From Rhizobium sp. Q54 (GTDB lineage: Bacteria > Pseudomonadota > Alphaproteobacteria > SMXQ01), in assembly GCA_945861615.1 (NCBI GenBank), contig CAMAVH010000001.1, positions 15,585-79,584 on the forward strand: a stretch of 64,000 nucleotides of DNA. The letters are read 5' to 3'. Both the position numbers and the translations under genes were made by a program. Every line of letters starts with the position of its first letter. Within the stretch, counting starts at the first letter, position 1. Shown here piece by piece: positions 60,934-64,000 of the stretch. The notes beneath the pieces are model-generated. The model was not told the DNA's origin. It saw nothing but the letters and a program-made list of their open reading frames with translations, and did not search any database.

Positions 60934-60965
60934 GGGGCTTCCGGATCATCCGGGGGCCCCTTTTT
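60934..60965 (+). terminator. Rho-independent terminator after the cupin pair
   Basis: GGGGCTTCCGG-atcat-CCGGGGGCCCC followed by TTTTTGTTT: an 11-bp stem with two G-U pairs and a T-tract. Confidence 0.7.
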
Positions 60966-61265
60966 GTTTCGCTTGGCGGATTCGCAGCTTTGCAAGGCCA
61001 GAACTGTTTCATAAGATAGCACTCTGCAAACCGGCATAATGATAGCCGCAATAGATGACAATGCGCGTCGGCGGTTACGGCCCGCCGGCTCAAAAAGAAT
61101 TAAAAGACGCCCCTTCTCAATCGGGCGTCATGACAGAGAAGTTTTAAAACCGGTGGCGATCGCGCATGCCGGTCGTAACGTTAGGGAAGATATTTTGACC
61201 CCCATGAATAGAGATGCCTGGGCCTGCAATGCCTGCGGCTGGTTTACCCATCGGAGCGCCACGCG

Positions 61266-62780
61266 ATGATGGACACCATGTTCTCCTCGCTATTCACGCT
61301 GCTCAGCACCGGCCATCTGATGTTCCTGATGTGCGTCGGCGTGCTGATCGGCATCTTCGTCGGCATCACGCCAGGCATTGGTGGACGCCTGTCCATCGCG
61401 CTCGCTATTCCCTTCGTGTTCGGCATGGACATGGTGGCCGGCGCCGTACTGCTTCTGGTCATGCATGCGGTCAACGGCACCAGCGGTCAAATTTCGTCGA
61501 TCATGTTCGGCGTGCCCGGCGACGGCGACGACGCCGCCACGACAATCGATGGCTATCCGATGGCAAAAAAGGGCGAAGCGGGCCGCGCGCTCGGCGCCAG
61601 CATGACGGCCTCCGGCGTCGGCGGCATCATCGGCGCCGGCGTCTTCGCCGTCATGATCCCGGTGCTCGAACCGGTGGTGCTGTCATTCAGTCCGGCTGAG
61701 TTCTTCCTGCTCGCCCTGCTCGGCATCACCTTCATCGCCGTGCTCGCCGGCGGGAAAGATTTCCTCAAGGGCATCATCGTCGGCTTCTACGGCATGATGC
61801 TGGCAACCATCGGCATGGACCCGAGCACGGGCACCTCGCGCTATGCGGGAAACTTCCTGTTTCTTTGGGACGGCCTGAGCTTGGTCACTGCCGTGCTCGC
61901 CCTGTTCGCCGTGCCGGAGATGATCGCCCTGGCCGTCAAGGGCGGCTCGATCGCCGCGGTTGGCGACAGCAAGGTACGTTTCACCTACCGGCAGATTTTT
62001 GACGGCGTGATGGAAGTGCCACGCAACTGGTGGCTGGCGCTCCGCACCTCGATCATCGGCGCGCTGATCGGCATGATCCCCGGCCTCGGCGGCTCCGCCG
62101 CGGCCTGGATTTGTTACGGCCACGCCGTACAGACATCCAAGACGCCCGAGATGTTCGGCAAGGGCGCCGTACAGGGCGTCATCGCTCCGGAAACCGCCAG
62201 CAACGCCAAGGAAGGCGGCTCGCTGCTGCCAACCCTTTTCTTCGGCATCCCCGGCTCGTCGGGCATGGCCGTGCTGATGGGCGCCTTTCTCATCCTCGGC
62301 ATCCAGCCCGGTCCGACGCTGATCACCAATAACATGAGCCTCGTCTGGACGCTGATCTGGGCGCTCGTCGTCGGCAACGTCATCGCTGTCTGCTTCCTGC
62401 TCTTCGTCGCCCGCTGGGTCGCGCTGCTGACCTTCGTAAAGGGCAATCTGATCGTGCCTTTCATCCTGGTGATGACGGTGTTCGGCGCCTACATCAACGA
62501 AAGCCAGTGGGAAAACTTGGTGATCCTGGTCATTCTCAGCGCCATCGGCTACGGCCTCTTGCGCTTCGGCTGGCCGCGCGCGCCCTTTGTTATCGGCTTG
62601 GTGCTCGGGCATATCGCCGAGGAATCGCTCAACAAGGCCCTGGCGCTGTGGGGCATGAGCTTCTTCACGCGTCCGCTGTCCATGGTGTTGATCGGCCTCA
62701 TCGTCCTGACCATCGGTTACGCGATCTACAAGAACCGTAAGCCGACCAATGCTCCGTCGGAGGCCAGCCTCTATGAGTAA
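61266..62780 (+). CDS. tctA: Tripartite tricarboxylate transporter permease TctA
   Basis: 504 aa, highly hydrophobic, with duplicated TctA halves (…GITPGIGGRLSIALAIPFVFGM… and …GMIPGLGGSAAAWICYG…). Confidence 0.9.
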   Translation: MMDTMFSSLFTLLSTGHLMFLMCVGVLIGIFVGITPGIGGRLSIALAIPFVFGMDMVAGAVLLLVMHAVNGTSGQISSIMFGVPGDGDDAATTIDGYPMAKKGEAGRALGASMTASGVGGIIGAGVFAVMIPVLEPVVLSFSPAEFFLLALLGITFIAVLAGGKDFLKGIIVGFYGMMLATIGMDPSTGTSRYAGNFLFLWDGLSLVTAVLALFAVPEMIALAVKGGSIAAVGDSKVRFTYRQIFDGVMEVPRNWWLALRTSIIGALIGMIPGLGGSAAAWICYGHAVQTSKTPEMFGKGAVQGVIAPETASNAKEGGSLLPTLFFGIPGSSGMAVLMGAFLILGIQPGPTLITNNMSLVWTLIWALVVGNVIAVCFLLFVARWVALLTFVKGNLIVPFILVMTVFGAYINESQWENLVILVILSAIGYGLLRFGWPRAPFVIGLVLGHIAEESLNKALALWGMSFFTRPLSMVLIGLIVLTIGYAIYKNRKPTNAPSEASLYE

Positions 62781-63366
62781 CGCGATCATGAAAAACGCCG
62801 GCGGCAAAATCTTCATGAATCTGGTGATGCTGGCCATCTTCGCCGTGATGGTCGGCATGGCCACGCAATATCCGCCGCAGGCCCGCTTCATGCCTTTCGT
62901 CGTCGGCATTCCCGGCCTCGTCATGTGCCTGATTCAGCTTGTCTTGGAAATCCGCAATGCCCGCGGCGGTGCCACGGACGAAGAGGACGGCAAGAGCGAG
63001 ATGAGGAAAGCCGAAGCCGAAGTCGCCCGCATCACCGGACGCAAGATGGACTTCCGCGAGGCCGAGGGGGCCGCCGCCATGGTCGTCGAAGACTCGCGCG
63101 AAGGCCGCGGCCGCCGCGAGGTCATCATGTGGGCATCCTTCCTGGCGCTGATCGCAGGCATTCTACTATTCGGTTTCTGGATATCCGCACCGCTCTTCAT
63201 CCTGATGTTTCTACGCTTCTACGCAGGGCGGACTTGGCGCTTCTCGCTGTTGTTGACCGTGATCGCAACGACGATCTTCTATTGCGCCTTCGTGCTCGGC
63301 TTGAAGGTGATCCTGCATGAGGGTTTCATCGTCGAAGCGATCAAAGAACATTTCGGTATGTATTGA
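62773..63366 (+). CDS. tctB: Tripartite tricarboxylate transporter TctB-family small membrane protein
   Basis: About 197 aa with four hydrophobic helices. The start ATG at 62773 overlaps the tctA stop. It has an unusually long charged central loop (…RNARGGATDEEDGKSEMRKAEAEVARITGRKMDFREAEG…). Confidence 0.65.
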   Translation: MSNAIMKNAGGKIFMNLVMLAIFAVMVGMATQYPPQARFMPFVVGIPGLVMCLIQLVLEIRNARGGATDEEDGKSEMRKAEAEVARITGRKMDFREAEGAAAMVVEDSREGRGRREVIMWASFLALIAGILLFGFWISAPLFILMFLRFYAGRTWRFSLLLTVIATTIFYCAFVLGLKVILHEGFIVEAIKEHFGMY

Positions 63367-63423
63367 ACCATTCACGGCATAACGGCAGATCAACTGCCGC
63401 AACATTTCAACAGGAGGATGACA

Positions 63424-64000
63424 ATGGATAAAATGACATCACACGCAGTCTTGGGTTTCGGCCTCGCCGCCGCCGCGCTCGCAGGTTTGGCAGCCCCCGC
63501 CTCCGCCCAGTCGGGCAAGGATTTCTTCAAGGGCAAGACCGTTACCTATATCGTCTCCACCGCTGCCGGCGGCGGTTACGACTTCTATGGTCGCCTCGTC
63601 GCCGAAGCGATGCAGAAACACCTGCCCGGCTCAACCTTCGTCGTCCGCAACATGCCGGGCGCCGGCCATATCATCGGTACCAACGCCATCTACGCCTCGC
63701 GCGCCGATGGCCTGACCCTCGGCACCTTCAATACCGGGCTGATCTATAATCAGTTGGTCGGTCTCGACGGCATCCGCTTCGATCTCACCAAGATGTCCTG
63801 GATCGGCAAGGCCGCTTCGGACCCGCGCGTATTCGTCATCAGCCAGTCCTCGCCGATCAAAACCTTCGAAGACCTCCGCAAGTCGCCCCAGGTGAACTTC
63901 GCAGCCTCCGGCATCGGCAGCGCATCCTATGTCGAAACGAAGATGCTCGCCGACGCTCTCAACCTGCCAATCAAGATCATCAACGGCTACAACGGTACCG
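63424..64000 (+). CDS. tctC: Tripartite tricarboxylate transporter substrate-binding protein TctC (Bug family); 3' end beyond the window
   Basis: Signal peptide MDKMTSHAVLGFGLAAAALAGLAAPASAQ, then SGKDFFKGKTVTYIVSTAAGGGYDFYGRLVAEAMQKHLPG…NMPGAGHIIGTNAIYASRADGLTL. Confidence 0.8.
   Translation, partial: MDKMTSHAVLGFGLAAAALAGLAAPASAQSGKDFFKGKTVTYIVSTAAGGGYDFYGRLVAEAMQKHLPGSTFVVRNMPGAGHIIGTNAIYASRADGLTLGTFNTGLIYNQLVGLDGIRFDLTKMSWIGKAASDPRVFVISQSSPIKTFEDLRKSPQVNFAASGIGSASYVETKMLADALNLPIKIINGYNGT

Overview
High-GC (about 65-67%) alphaproteobacterial chromosomal segment with Hyphomicrobiales-type synteny. It reads as core genome, mostly on the minus strand. Conserved blocks are yceD-rpmF-plsX-fabH-ihfA-merR-tRNA-Pro, a K+-insensitive H+-pyrophosphatase, thiL-nusB-ribH-ribE-ribD-nrdR-glyA-rpiB, mucR, hemB, motAB, parC, recO-era-rnc-lepB-acpS-pdxJ-relA/spoT-rpoZ-folK, smpB-dapA, an Slt lytic transglycosylase, and a bactofilin-M23 peptidase pair. 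Three accessory-looking parts stand out. (1) A five-gene, tightly coupled cassette at about 2.0-11.3 kb encodes an HlyB-type ABC transporter, an HlyD adaptor, a Sel1-repeat protein and two tandem paralogous secreted GH16 glycanases whose C-terminal RTX-like beta-roll modules are duplicated. This is PrsDE/ExsH/PlyAB-like but has extra components. (2) An isolated, terminator-bounded pair of paralogous metal-binding cupin genes (59.7-60.9 kb) with lower GC than their neighbours. (3) A tctA-tctB-tctC tricarboxylate transporter at the window end. Other signals are a roughly 140-bp AT-rich island directly upstream of mucR, palindromic operator-like sites upstream of the T1SS operon, a roughly 31-bp x4 tandem repeat with flanking hairpins next to smpB, and an in-frame 24-bp duplication in the acpS 3' end. 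No CRISPR arrays, transposases, integrases or obvious defence genes were seen. All calls rest on reading the six-frame translations and recognising motifs; no database searches were run.
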